A DNA stretch of 64,000 nt from Sedimentisphaerales bacterium (lineage in GTDB: Bacteria; Planctomycetota; Phycisphaerae; Sedimentisphaerales; SM23-30): contig CAXXMR010000012.1 in the NCBI GenBank assembly GCA_963663805.2, positions 384,001-448,000 on the forward strand, read 5' to 3'. Both the position numbers and the translations under genes were made by a program. Each line of letters starts with the position of its first letter. Positions within the stretch are counted from its first letter, which is position 1. The notes beneath the pieces were generated by a model. It saw only the letters and a list, made by a program, of their open reading frames with translations. It had not been told where the DNA came from and searched no databases. Below are positions 31,517-40,855 of this stretch, piece by piece.

Positions 31517-32094
31517 GGGTACACCTTTCGTGAAGCAGGCCCGCGATTAGGAAAAACAGTAAAACTTTATGGTAATGTTTATGCGAATAAGTTGATTTTG
31601 TCAATTCTGATGTCCACCCCTTCAGTAAGCAATACTTTTGCTAGCGGCATTAAAAAACCGTCAAAAAACAGAAAAAAATCGTCAAAAAAAGACCTTTCAG
31701 GCAAAACTGCGCTGACTTTTCACCGCGTTTTGGTGACACCGTCCACCGCAATTCTGACTAGCAAAATAAGGACTTACAGCAATAATTTCTCTACCGCCTA
31801 ACGCACTTTTATATCCCCACTCCTCACCAATGCGATGTAAAATAGTTTCCCTGTCAATCTTTTTCCATCATCTTTTTTTTGTCATAAACCCCATAAAAAC
31901 AATATCTTAAACAAATATACCCACTCCCCTAAAGGATGTTTTATTGCATTTACGACCTCCACTCCGATATAATACCCCGCTGGGAATAACAGATAGGATG
32001 TCGAGCTGTCTGAATCGCCTTAGGACCGAAAAAGTCTCAGTAATGGTCTTTTAGCCTAAGTGCTTGATACAACAGCTGTAAGAGATATTGCAAT

Positions 32095-32796
32095 ATGAAA
32101 AAATTACTGGTTGTACGTTCGGGACAAACCCCTTGGGACATTTCTCAGGGTAGTCAGGATGACAGACGCTTACAGGGTACGATACCTCTGCCCCTCACAG
32201 AGGCAGGCCTGAACGACCTGAAAATTCTGGCTCAGGAAATCGCAAAGCACTGTTCACAAATACTTTACAGTAGTGGTAATGAATCCGCCGGACCAACCGC
32301 CGAATTTCTGGCTAACCAACTCAACATCAAAGCCAAAAAAATCCCTGACCTGCACGAACTGGATTGCGGACTCTGGCAAGGACTGCGTATATCAGACATA
32401 AAACGCAGATATTGCAAGACTTACAAACAATGGCTCACCGACCCCGCCTCCGTAACACCGCCCCAGGGAGAGTCGCTGGATGAACTCATCGAACGAATCA
32501 ACCCCGCCCTGGAACTCATGGACCGTAAATCCGCCGGAAAAACAGCCCTGCTCGTAACTGCCCCCATCATCGGCGCCGCCATTCAGTGCATACTACAGGA
32601 AAGACCATTACAACAGCTCTGGCAGGTCTCCCAACAAACCCAGCAATTGACTGTATTCGACTTCGAAAAACAGGATAAAACCGCCGAGATTGCCGTTGCC
32701 ATACCAGCCCAAAACCAAAGCAGGACGCTGCTAAGCTCTACAGCACAAGAAGTTACAGAAAGCCAGCTGGCCCGCCCCAGGAACAAGGTTATATGA
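32095..32796 (+). CDS. Histidine phosphatase-fold protein, catalytically degenerate
   Basis: VRSGQT instead of RHGxT; LHELDCGLWQG; PPQGES; overlaps the accD start (ATGA). Confidence 0.8.
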   Translation: MKKLLVVRSGQTPWDISQGSQDDRRLQGTIPLPLTEAGLNDLKILAQEIAKHCSQILYSSGNESAGPTAEFLANQLNIKAKKIPDLHELDCGLWQGLRISDIKRRYCKTYKQWLTDPASVTPPQGESLDELIERINPALELMDRKSAGKTALLVTAPIIGAAIQCILQERPLQQLWQVSQQTQQLTVFDFEKQDKTAEIAVAIPAQNQSRTLLSSTAQEVTESQLARPRNKVI

Positions 32797-33635
32797 GTGC
32801 ACAAACCCGAATCGCATGGGAAGGTTACACATTGCAGAAAAAACTCGAAGTACCGGAAGGATTATGGCGTAAGTGCCCCGGCTGCGAAGAGATGGTATAT
32901 TCGCGGACCGTGGAGGAAAACCTCGAAGTTTGCCCTGAATGTGACCATCACTTCCGCGTTAGTGCCAGGGCCCGGCTGAACCAGCTCTGTGACACCGATA
33001 GTTTCGAGGAGTTTGCCGCAGATTATCTCCCCGCCGACCCCCTGGAATTTACCGACCGGATAAGCTATTCCGACCGCTTGGTCGGCCAGCAAAAAAAAAC
33101 CGGACTTAACGACGCAGCCCTTGCTGGAAAAGCATTTATAAAAGGCCGCCCAGTAGTCCTGGTTGCTCTGGACCCTGATTTTATGATGGGCTCGATGGGT
33201 TCGGTTGTGGGTGAAAAAATCACTCTCGCTGCCGAAAAAGCCCTGAAATACTCTATCCCCCTGATTACTATCAGTTGTTCCGGCGGCGCACGCATGCAGG
33301 AAGGCGTGCTTTCCCTGGCCCAGATGGCCAAAACCAGCGCAGCTGTCGCCAGACTCCACGAAGCCGGAGGACTTTTCATCTCAGTCCTCGCCGACCCCAC
33401 CAGCGGCGGAGTAACCGCCAGCTTCGCTATGCTCGGCGACGTTATCATCGCAGAACCACAAGCGCTTATTTGCTTCGCGGGCCCCAGAACCATCTGGCAC
33501 ACCATCAAAGTAGAACTCCCCGAAGGTTTTCAACGCGCGGAATTTCTCATGAAGCATGGTTTCGTCGATCGAATCGTCCCCCGAAACAAACTTCGCAGCG
33601 AAATTGCCCGAATAATAGACTATTGCGGTAAATAA
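32793..33635 (+). CDS. accD: Acetyl-CoA carboxylase carboxyltransferase beta subunit
   Basis: LWRKCPGC...VCPECDHHFR Zn finger, GSMGSVVGEKI, SGGARMQEG, GGVTASFA. Confidence 0.97.
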   Translation: MSAQTRIAWEGYTLQKKLEVPEGLWRKCPGCEEMVYSRTVEENLEVCPECDHHFRVSARARLNQLCDTDSFEEFAADYLPADPLEFTDRISYSDRLVGQQKKTGLNDAALAGKAFIKGRPVVLVALDPDFMMGSMGSVVGEKITLAAEKALKYSIPLITISCSGGARMQEGVLSLAQMAKTSAAVARLHEAGGLFISVLADPTSGGVTASFAMLGDVIIAEPQALICFAGPRTIWHTIKVELPEGFQRAEFLMKHGFVDRIVPRNKLRSEIARIIDYCGK

Positions 33636-33729
33636 TACCCCCACACTATTTCCATTCCCTAAAAAACATATTTGACAAAATCCGCCATCTAAGCTAGCTT
33701 ATCGCCTCTGCTTAACACGGCAGATAAAC

Positions 33730-33804
33730 GGTGAGAGTAGCTCAGTCGGCTAGAGCACCAGGTTGTGGTCCTGGGGGTCGCGGGTTCGAGTCCCGTCTCC
33801 CACC
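33730..33804 (+). tRNA. tRNA-His(GUG), integration site of the downstream island
   Basis: G-1:C73; anticodon arm CCAGG-TTGTGGT-CCTGG; GGTTCGAGTCC; A4:C69 mismatch in the acceptor stem. Confidence 0.95.
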
Positions 33805-33996
33805 CTTATATAATCCTATATATAGCAATAGCTTATGCGGGATTTTCTTTGAACTGGACCCGCCAAATTACCCCCAGATGTGAAAATTACTGTGAAAATA
33901 TCTGCTCACTTTTAATCCGGTAAATCCAGATTTGCATAGTGAAACCCTTTTTTGTAGTGTGTCTGTAAAGAGTGCTCAAATATAGGGTTGCAAAAA

Positions 33997-35022
33997 ATGG
34001 CATCATTAAAATATCACAAGGACGTAAAGAGATGGCGAGTCTTCTGGCATGTCACCCTTCCGGACGGCTCAATCGACAAAGGCAGCAGAAGTTTTAAACT
34101 CAAGGATGAGGGGCAAAAGTTCAAGGAGCATTGCGAAAAACAAGGGGCGAAACTAAAAAGAGCCAGGATAGTCAAGGTTCCTCTATTAGACGACGCGGTT
34201 GAGAGTTGGCGGATATTTATGGGCCAGCATACAGAACGAACCCAGAAGATGTACAGTGATGTATTAAGGGATTTCTTAAAATTTGCTTCTAATGACCTTC
34301 TGGCCAGTGACTTAACATCCCAACATATAATGGGGTATTTGAACTCTCTTATAGCTAGAGGCCTGGGCAATAAAAGCGTGAATAATCATTTATGTGCAAT
34401 TAAATCTTTTTGCGGGTATCTGGAAACGAATTACCAGATTCCCAGTTCCGCAAAAAATATTAAGAAATTCAAAGAGGGGGATATTGATGTCTATTTCACC
34501 AATAGAAATGAATACAATCTGATTTTAGAACATTGCGATGATATCGGTGTTGGCTGGATTAGATTTATCGCAAATACTGGCCTGAGGGCGAGCGAGTTTT
34601 GTAATCTGAAATGGGGGGACTATGATGCTGATGCCAGAACCATAACAGTTATTGGCAAGGGCAGAAAAAGAAGGACGATTGGCTTGAATAATATTGCAAT
34701 TACCGTCCTGGAAGACAGGAGAGCGGGCAAGAAGATAAAACTTAAAGACCATATATTTCTTCGCAAAGATGGTTTGCCATTGATTCGCCATACATTGCAT
34801 TATTTTATCTCAAAAGCCTGCTGCGATGCGGGAGTGACGAGTTTTGGCCCTCACACGCTTCGCCACTTTTTTGCTACTGAGCTTCTTAAGGCTGGGATCC
34901 CTATCATCAAGGTTTCTCAACTCATGGGACACAGCAGTGTTACTACTACCCAAAAACATTACTCCCATATCCTCAGCAGCGACGTTGCGAACGCCACCAG
35001 CGTTCTTGAGGCTCTGGGATAG
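33997..35022 (+). CDS. Tyrosine recombinase/integrase
   Basis: TGLRASE (R), GKG (K), HTLRH (HxxR), MGHS, HY catalytic Tyr; N-terminal arm-binding-like segment. Confidence 0.93.
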   Translation: MASLKYHKDVKRWRVFWHVTLPDGSIDKGSRSFKLKDEGQKFKEHCEKQGAKLKRARIVKVPLLDDAVESWRIFMGQHTERTQKMYSDVLRDFLKFASNDLLASDLTSQHIMGYLNSLIARGLGNKSVNNHLCAIKSFCGYLETNYQIPSSAKNIKKFKEGDIDVYFTNRNEYNLILEHCDDIGVGWIRFIANTGLRASEFCNLKWGDYDADARTITVIGKGRKRRTIGLNNIAITVLEDRRAGKKIKLKDHIFLRKDGLPLIRHTLHYFISKACCDAGVTSFGPHTLRHFFATELLKAGIPIIKVSQLMGHSSVTTTQKHYSHILSSDVANATSVLEALG

Positions 35023-35211
35023 TTCGTATTTTTCCATAGCATGACGCTCAAGAACAGCAGTATGCCAGCCTTTTTTACGGGACCATTTGGAGCCATAAGT
35101 GAAATCCGGCAGAGAGCCTTCTTCGATCATTCTATGGATAGTTTTGTCCGAGACATCCATTTGCTCCATCATTTCCGACATAGTAATTATTATTTTATGA
35201 GTTCCTTTCAT
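34810..35211 (-). CDS. Probable excisionase / AlpA-like HTH protein
   Basis: ITMSEMMEQMDVSDKTIHRMIEEGSLP HTH; GGAG RBS; convergent with the integrase and overlapping its 3' end. Confidence 0.7.
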   Translation of the reverse strand: MKGTHKIIITMSEMMEQMDVSDKTIHRMIEEGSLPDFTYGSKWSRKKGWHTAVLERHAMEKYELSQSLKNAGGVRNVAAEDMGVMFLGSSNTAVSHELRNLDDRDPSLKKLSSKKVAKRVRAKTRHSRIAAGF

Positions 35212-35704
35212 TCTTGATATTACTCCAGTTAAAACAACGATTATGGAGTTGATCATAAATAAAACAGAATCACTACTCAATAGCATCTGATTATTTTGTA
35301 ACTAATTTATTGAAAAGAAGTTAGATTGCTTTGGATTGGTTTTTTGAGGGAAATACCCATAGATTAATATATGAATAGTAAGAAAATCCCCAAATCAATC
35401 AAATTGGTCGAAATCAAACAGACGCCTAAAAGTTTGTTCTAATCACGAACAACCTTAAATCATATCCCCACTCTCCAATAGTTAATTGTAATAAAGTAAT
35501 AAGATATTGGAGAGGCAGAATATCAATTTCTGATTCAGAATAAGCTTTATAAGCAAATTAATAAGCCTTAATTGTTCCTTGACAGAAATTAGACATCAGG
35601 ATATTTAAGAATTATTGGTTTCGGGCGGAACCGACCTCTGGCTATCCAAGTCAAACCTAAGCCCTTTTAAAATAATTGTTTATGTTTATTTTAAGGAGCT
35701 TATT

Positions 35705-36028
35705 ATGAGCCAGGGAATTCTCTTTTCTGAACCTTCTATTGCTGAAACTGGGGTCTGGTGCGAGTTAAATCAGGAGATAGATCCTTCTGCATGGGCTTTT
35801 ATTTGTAGAAAAATAGGGAAAATGAGTTATGAGGAGTTCTCCTTATTTGATGCCCTTTTAGATGCCCATTTTAATGCCAAAACTGCCCTTAAAGGGCAAA
35901 TAGAGGCAATAATGGGCATAATTGAGGGGCAAGGGGGAGATTTAAACCGGGAGGATTCTGGGCAGAATATGCCTCTTGTGAGCATTGGACCCAGTGGGAT
36001 GGGAGGGGAATATCAAAAATATATATAG
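35705..36028 (+). CDS. Hypothetical protein
   Basis: AAGGAG RBS before ATG 35705; no recognised motif. Confidence 0.5.
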   Translation: MSQGILFSEPSIAETGVWCELNQEIDPSAWAFICRKIGKMSYEEFSLFDALLDAHFNAKTALKGQIEAIMGIIEGQGGDLNREDSGQNMPLVSIGPSGMGGEYQKYI

Positions 36029-36182
36029 ATTTGATAGGTCTATAAATGCTTTACATATAAATATTTGCGAAATAAAGTAACAGGACTACTAGCATATTTA
36101 GGTTTTTTGCTTGCTTGTGCCCAATTATCGTCTATATTTAAGTGAAATAATAAAGTAGGAGTGTTACTGAAAGTGGTTTTGC

Positions 36183-36758
36183 GTGGTTAAACTATCAGAC
36201 ATTACAAGCATATATTCAGGAATCGTCTTCTGGGGCGAAAAGAAACCCTATGATAATTTCAGGGATTTTCCTGTTGTGCAAGGCAAGGATATTGATGATA
36301 ATAATAGGGTCAATTGGGCACAGTTATCCAGAGCCGTTTTACAACTTAAGAAGCAAGAGCATATTATTCGCCAAGGGGATATCCTGGTCAGGTGTAAGGG
36401 ACTTCCTCATATAGCAGTTCTGGCTGACAGTCCTAAAGAAGATACAGTTGCTGGTTCGCAGTTTTTTGTGGTTAGGGCTAAAAATGATTTAATTTTCCCT
36501 GATTTTCTGGCGTGGTATATGAATCAGTCTCCGGCACAGAGGTATTTAAATCTGTATTCAGCGGGAACCAATATTAAGCATATTAACAAGAAAGTTTTAT
36601 CTGCCCTGGAAGTGGCTGTACCATCATTGGAGATACAGAAGAAAGTAGTGCAGGTGCATAATCTGTGGCAGAAAGAAAACGAAATATTAGAACAGATTAA
36701 ACATAAAAAAGAGCAAGTATTACAATCTCAACTTTTGAATTTAGTTCAGAATAAATAG
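36183..36758 (+). CDS. Half-size (single-TRD) type I restriction specificity subunit
   Basis: VKLSDI, GDILV, PDFLAWYMN, VPSLEIQKKVV HsdS-like motifs; 191 aa. Confidence 0.8.
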   Translation: MVKLSDITSIYSGIVFWGEKKPYDNFRDFPVVQGKDIDDNNRVNWAQLSRAVLQLKKQEHIIRQGDILVRCKGLPHIAVLADSPKEDTVAGSQFFVVRAKNDLIFPDFLAWYMNQSPAQRYLNLYSAGTNIKHINKKVLSALEVAVPSLEIQKKVVQVHNLWQKENEILEQIKHKKEQVLQSQLLNLVQNK

Positions 36759-36766
36759 GAGTAGAT

Positions 36767-38308
36767 ATGACAGCCGACCATAAAATCAATCAGGATGAAA
36801 TAAATGGCATTGCCTGGAAAGCCTGCGATACATTTAGGGGTGTGGTGGATCCAGCCCAATACAAAGATTATATTCTGGTAACTCTGTTCTTGAAATATAT
36901 ATCTGATGTCTGGAATGACCGTAAAACCCAATTTGAAAAGCAATTCAAAGGTGATGAAAAGAGGGTTCAACGCCGACTGGAACGGGAAAGATTTATAATT
37001 CCTGATATCCAAATCAAGAATGAAAAGGGAAAAGTTACCGAAACATTCTCTGCAACCTTTGACAGTCTTTATGAACGCAGAAATGCTCCCAATATCGGTG
37101 AATTAATCAATAATGTCCTGGATGAGATAGAAGAGGCTAACAAATCAAAATTGGAAGGGGTGTTCCGTAACATAGACTTCAATTCTGAAGGTAATCTGGG
37201 TCAAACCAAGGAACGAAATGCCCGCTTGAAGCATTTATTGGAGGATTTTGCGGATAAGAAGTTAGATTTGCGTCCTTCGGTGATAGGTGAACATGATGTA
37301 ATTGGTAATACTTATATGTATCTCATCTCCAGATTTGCTTCGGATTCGGGCAAAAAGGGGGGGGAGTTCTATACACCCACTGAAGTTGCTCTGCTTCTGG
37401 CAAGATTAGTCGAACCCCAGGAGGGAGACCGTATATGTGACCCGGCTTGTGGTTCTGCTTCCTTGTTGGTTCGCTGTGCCAATCTTATTGGCTCTCCGAA
37501 CTATTCTCTCTATGGTCAGGAGTCAAACGGTAGCACCTGGGCATTGGCGAAAATGAACGTATTTCTTAACGAAAAGGATAATGCCCGTATCGAGTGGGGC
37601 GATACCATCCGAAATCCCAAACTGATTGAGAAAGACCAGCTCATGAATTTTGATGTGGTGGTGGCTAATCCTCCGTTTTCGCTGGAAAAATGGGGTATCG
37701 AAGAAGCGGAAAGTGACCGTTATCGGCGTTTCCATAGAGGACTCCCTCCCAAAAGCAAGGGCGATTATGCCTTTATTACCCATATGGTGGAAACCGCCAA
37801 TGAAGACGGCGGCAGAGTAGGGGTGATTGTGCCGCATGGCGTGCTGTTTCGAGGAGGGGCAGAAGGCAGGATAAGAACCCAGTTCATTGATGAGAATATT
37901 CTTGATGCTGTGGTGGGACTGCCGAGCAATCTGTTCTTTGGAACTGGGATACCGGCTGCTATCCTGATATTCAAAAAGAGCAGACGTAAAAAGGATGTGC
38001 TGTTCATCGATGCCAGCAGGGAATTTGAGGATGGTAAGAATCAAAACAGGTTAAGACAACAAGATATCGACAAGGTTTATGAGACTTATAAAAAACGCAA
38101 AGCAATAGACAAATATTCTTATATCGCCAGTATAGAAGAGATTAAGGAGAATGATTATAATCTCAATATTCCCCGTTATGTTGATACCTTTGAAGAGGAA
38201 GAGGAAGTGGATATTCCGGCAGTCAAGAAGGAGATAGCAGGGCTGGAGAAGGAACTGGCAACAGTCCAGAAAGAAATGGATGAGTATCTGAAGGAGTTGG
38301 GTCTGTGA
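36767..38308 (+). CDS. hsdM: Type I R-M methyltransferase subunit
   Basis: GEFYTP, DPACGS, NPPF, PHGVLFRG, YNLNIPRYV. Confidence 0.96.
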   Translation: MTADHKINQDEINGIAWKACDTFRGVVDPAQYKDYILVTLFLKYISDVWNDRKTQFEKQFKGDEKRVQRRLERERFIIPDIQIKNEKGKVTETFSATFDSLYERRNAPNIGELINNVLDEIEEANKSKLEGVFRNIDFNSEGNLGQTKERNARLKHLLEDFADKKLDLRPSVIGEHDVIGNTYMYLISRFASDSGKKGGEFYTPTEVALLLARLVEPQEGDRICDPACGSASLLVRCANLIGSPNYSLYGQESNGSTWALAKMNVFLNEKDNARIEWGDTIRNPKLIEKDQLMNFDVVVANPPFSLEKWGIEEAESDRYRRFHRGLPPKSKGDYAFITHMVETANEDGGRVGVIVPHGVLFRGGAEGRIRTQFIDENILDAVVGLPSNLFFGTGIPAAILIFKKSRRKKDVLFIDASREFEDGKNQNRLRQQDIDKVYETYKKRKAIDKYSYIASIEEIKENDYNLNIPRYVDTFEEEEEVDIPAVKKEIAGLEKELATVQKEMDEYLKELGL

Positions 38309-39525
38309 AGGTTGATCTTGTGCATTACAATAATGCTGCTCTTGGGGATAACCCAAAGGAATGGCAATGTGTCCTTATGGACAAAGTTGCTGAACGTGCT
38401 ACAGGGCATACGCCTAACAAAAAGATAAGTAAATATTGGAATGGAGGGATAAAATGGGTTTCTTTAGCAGACTCAAATAAACTTAATGTGCCGGTAATAT
38501 ATGATACGGCTAAAAACATTAGCGATGAAGGGATAAAGAATTCGTCGGCAAGATATTTGCCAAAGGGGACGGTAATCTTACTACGGGATGCTGCCGTTGG
38601 GAAGGTTACGACGCTTGGGGAAAACATGGCAGTTAGTCAACATTTCGTTGCATGGATATGTGGAGAAAAGCTTCATAACAGATATTTGTACTACCATCTC
38701 TATGGGAGAATGAATGAATTTCAGAGAATAGCGGTAGGATCGACCATTGTCACAATCGGAATGGGATATTTTGCTAAAATGAGAATTCTCCTCCCCCCTC
38801 TTCCCGAACAAAAGAAGATTGCTGCTATATTGGGTAAGTGGGATGAGGGGATTGAAAAGCTGGAGAAGCTGATTACGGCAAAGAAGGCACTTAAAAAGGG
38901 TTTAATGCAGCAACTCCTGACCGGCAAAAAACGGTTTAAGGAGTTCAAGGGGCAGAAGTGGAAAAAGATTGAGTTTGGACATCTTGTTTATTTGTCAAAA
39001 AAGAAATACGACCCTAAAAAAAGTGGATATTCTTTAAGATGTATAGAGCTTGAACATATCAAATCAGAAAATGGACAATTGCTGGGTCACATTAATTCAA
39101 ATCAACAAGCATGTGTAAAGAATTATTTTCAAAAAGGCAACGTTCTTTTTGGAAAATTACGTCCTTACCTCAAAAAATACTATTTAGCCTCTTTTGACGG
39201 AGTGTGCTCAACCGAAATATGGGTATTACAAGCTCTTGAAACGCTTTGTTGTAATCACTTTCTTTTTTATTTAATACAGACCTCGTTTTTTTATCAAGCT
39301 ACTAATGTGACTTCTGGTACAAAGATGCCACGTTCCGACTGGAATTATGTTTCAGAAATTCCGTTTGAGGTCCCATCCTTGGAGGAACAAAAAAAGATTG
39401 CCTCGATTTTAAATGTGGTAGATAACGAGATTGAAATATTAAATCGGAAGCTTGCAGGATTGAAGGAGCAGAAAAAGGGACTGATGCAGAAATTGTTGAC
39501 TGGTAAGATTAGAGTGAAAGTATAA
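38305..39525 (+). CDS. hsdS: Type I R-M specificity subunit
   Basis: Two TRDs with conserved PPLPEQKKIA / PSLEEQKKIA and KKGLMQ.LLTGK segments. Confidence 0.95.
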   Translation: MKVDLVHYNNAALGDNPKEWQCVLMDKVAERATGHTPNKKISKYWNGGIKWVSLADSNKLNVPVIYDTAKNISDEGIKNSSARYLPKGTVILLRDAAVGKVTTLGENMAVSQHFVAWICGEKLHNRYLYYHLYGRMNEFQRIAVGSTIVTIGMGYFAKMRILLPPLPEQKKIAAILGKWDEGIEKLEKLITAKKALKKGLMQQLLTGKKRFKEFKGQKWKKIEFGHLVYLSKKKYDPKKSGYSLRCIELEHIKSENGQLLGHINSNQQACVKNYFQKGNVLFGKLRPYLKKYYLASFDGVCSTEIWVLQALETLCCNHFLFYLIQTSFFYQATNVTSGTKMPRSDWNYVSEIPFEVPSLEEQKKIASILNVVDNEIEILNRKLAGLKEQKKGLMQKLLTGKIRVKV

Positions 39526-39534
39526 GGATTTGTA

Positions 39535-40758
39535 ATGGATTCATCATGGTTAACAGCCTTTGTTGATGAGTGCGGGACCAATGAATTGGATTCCAATAAG
39601 CAAGGGGTTTCGCATTTGTTTATTTGTGTAGCCATTGTGGTAAATTATGAGGCAATTCGAATAATAGAAATAGAAATGAGGTCAATTAGTAGCGAATTAT
39701 GTGGCGGAGCAGAGGTTCGAAGTAGCAAAATTGGTAGCAATCACCATAGACGTTTGCAATTCATTAACAGGATAAAGAATTTGCCGTTTGGTTATTATGC
39801 ATTGGTAATTAATAAAAATCGAATTAAAAAAGAATCTGGGTTAAAATATAAAACATCTTTCTATAAATATATTAATCAAATGCTTTATAGGCGTTTAGAT
39901 AGTTGTGGCATGAACATGCGAGTTGTAGCAGACGAGATCGGTGGTCGAGATTTCATGGAAAGTTTTGAATCATATATTATACGTAAAAGCCAAGAAACTC
40001 TTTTTACTAACTTTACCAGTGAACATTTTGTTCATGAGTTTGCAGGCAGCAAGGAAACCCCTTTAATTCAATTGGCTGATCTTCTTGCCGGAACATTGAG
40101 CTACTGCTTTGATGAAGGCAAAAAGAGTGAATTTAGTGAAGTTTATCGAGAATTGTTGCGTTCAAAAGAAATAGAGATACAGTCTTGGCCGGTAGAAATT
40201 GTACCTATTCCTGACAAGATTCCGGATACAGTAAGAGGATTGAATGACCGACTGCGAAAAACATGTTCTAACCGAGCGGCAAAATTTATTCAGGAAAATG
40301 AAAATTCGGATATTATAGAAAAAGCCATGCAGGCAGCAACTCTTCGGTATTTGTTTTTTGCAAGAAACTTTGAAAAAAGAGAACACCAAGCGGTTTATGC
40401 CGATATACTTATGGAGGATTTGAAAGAAGAAGGTTTTGAAGAGATTTCGAAGCAAGCGTTTTCTTTAGGCATAATTGGCAAACTTCGTGAAGCGGGAATT
40501 ATCATAGCAGGAACAAATGAAGGTTATCGGTTGGCTCTTTCTGTGGAAGATATTCAGGACTATCTTAATCACGACAAAAATATTATCGAGCCGATGATAA
40601 ACCGTCTAATAACTGCTCGTGATGTCGTAAGGCATGATACCGCAAACGGCTATGATATATTAGATAATCAGCAATATACTTGTCTGAAGGAAATTGTAGA
40701 AGCATTCTCGGATTACAGGATTAATTGTTCCGTAATAGGTAATAGAAACTTGTCATAG
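39535..40758 (+). CDS. DUF3800-like (RNase H-fold) protein with C-terminal extension; putative defence effector
   Basis: FVDECG and LIQLADLLAG motifs; inserted between hsdS and hsdR. Confidence 0.7.
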   Translation: MDSSWLTAFVDECGTNELDSNKQGVSHLFICVAIVVNYEAIRIIEIEMRSISSELCGGAEVRSSKIGSNHHRRLQFINRIKNLPFGYYALVINKNRIKKESGLKYKTSFYKYINQMLYRRLDSCGMNMRVVADEIGGRDFMESFESYIIRKSQETLFTNFTSEHFVHEFAGSKETPLIQLADLLAGTLSYCFDEGKKSEFSEVYRELLRSKEIEIQSWPVEIVPIPDKIPDTVRGLNDRLRKTCSNRAAKFIQENENSDIIEKAMQAATLRYLFFARNFEKREHQAVYADILMEDLKEEGFEEISKQAFSLGIIGKLREAGIIIAGTNEGYRLALSVEDIQDYLNHDKNIIEPMINRLITARDVVRHDTANGYDILDNQQYTCLKEIVEAFSDYRINCSVIGNRNLS

Positions 40759-40855
40759 ATATTTTTAGTCAGTGGATCTGCCTATCGACGTACAAAGGCT
40801 ATTTGCAAGCTAACTATATAATTGGCTTAACAAATACTTATGAAAAATTCATATA

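Noticed and set aside
33780..33810. attR direct repeat of the tRNA-His 3' end
   Set aside because: No second copy found by eye downstream in the window
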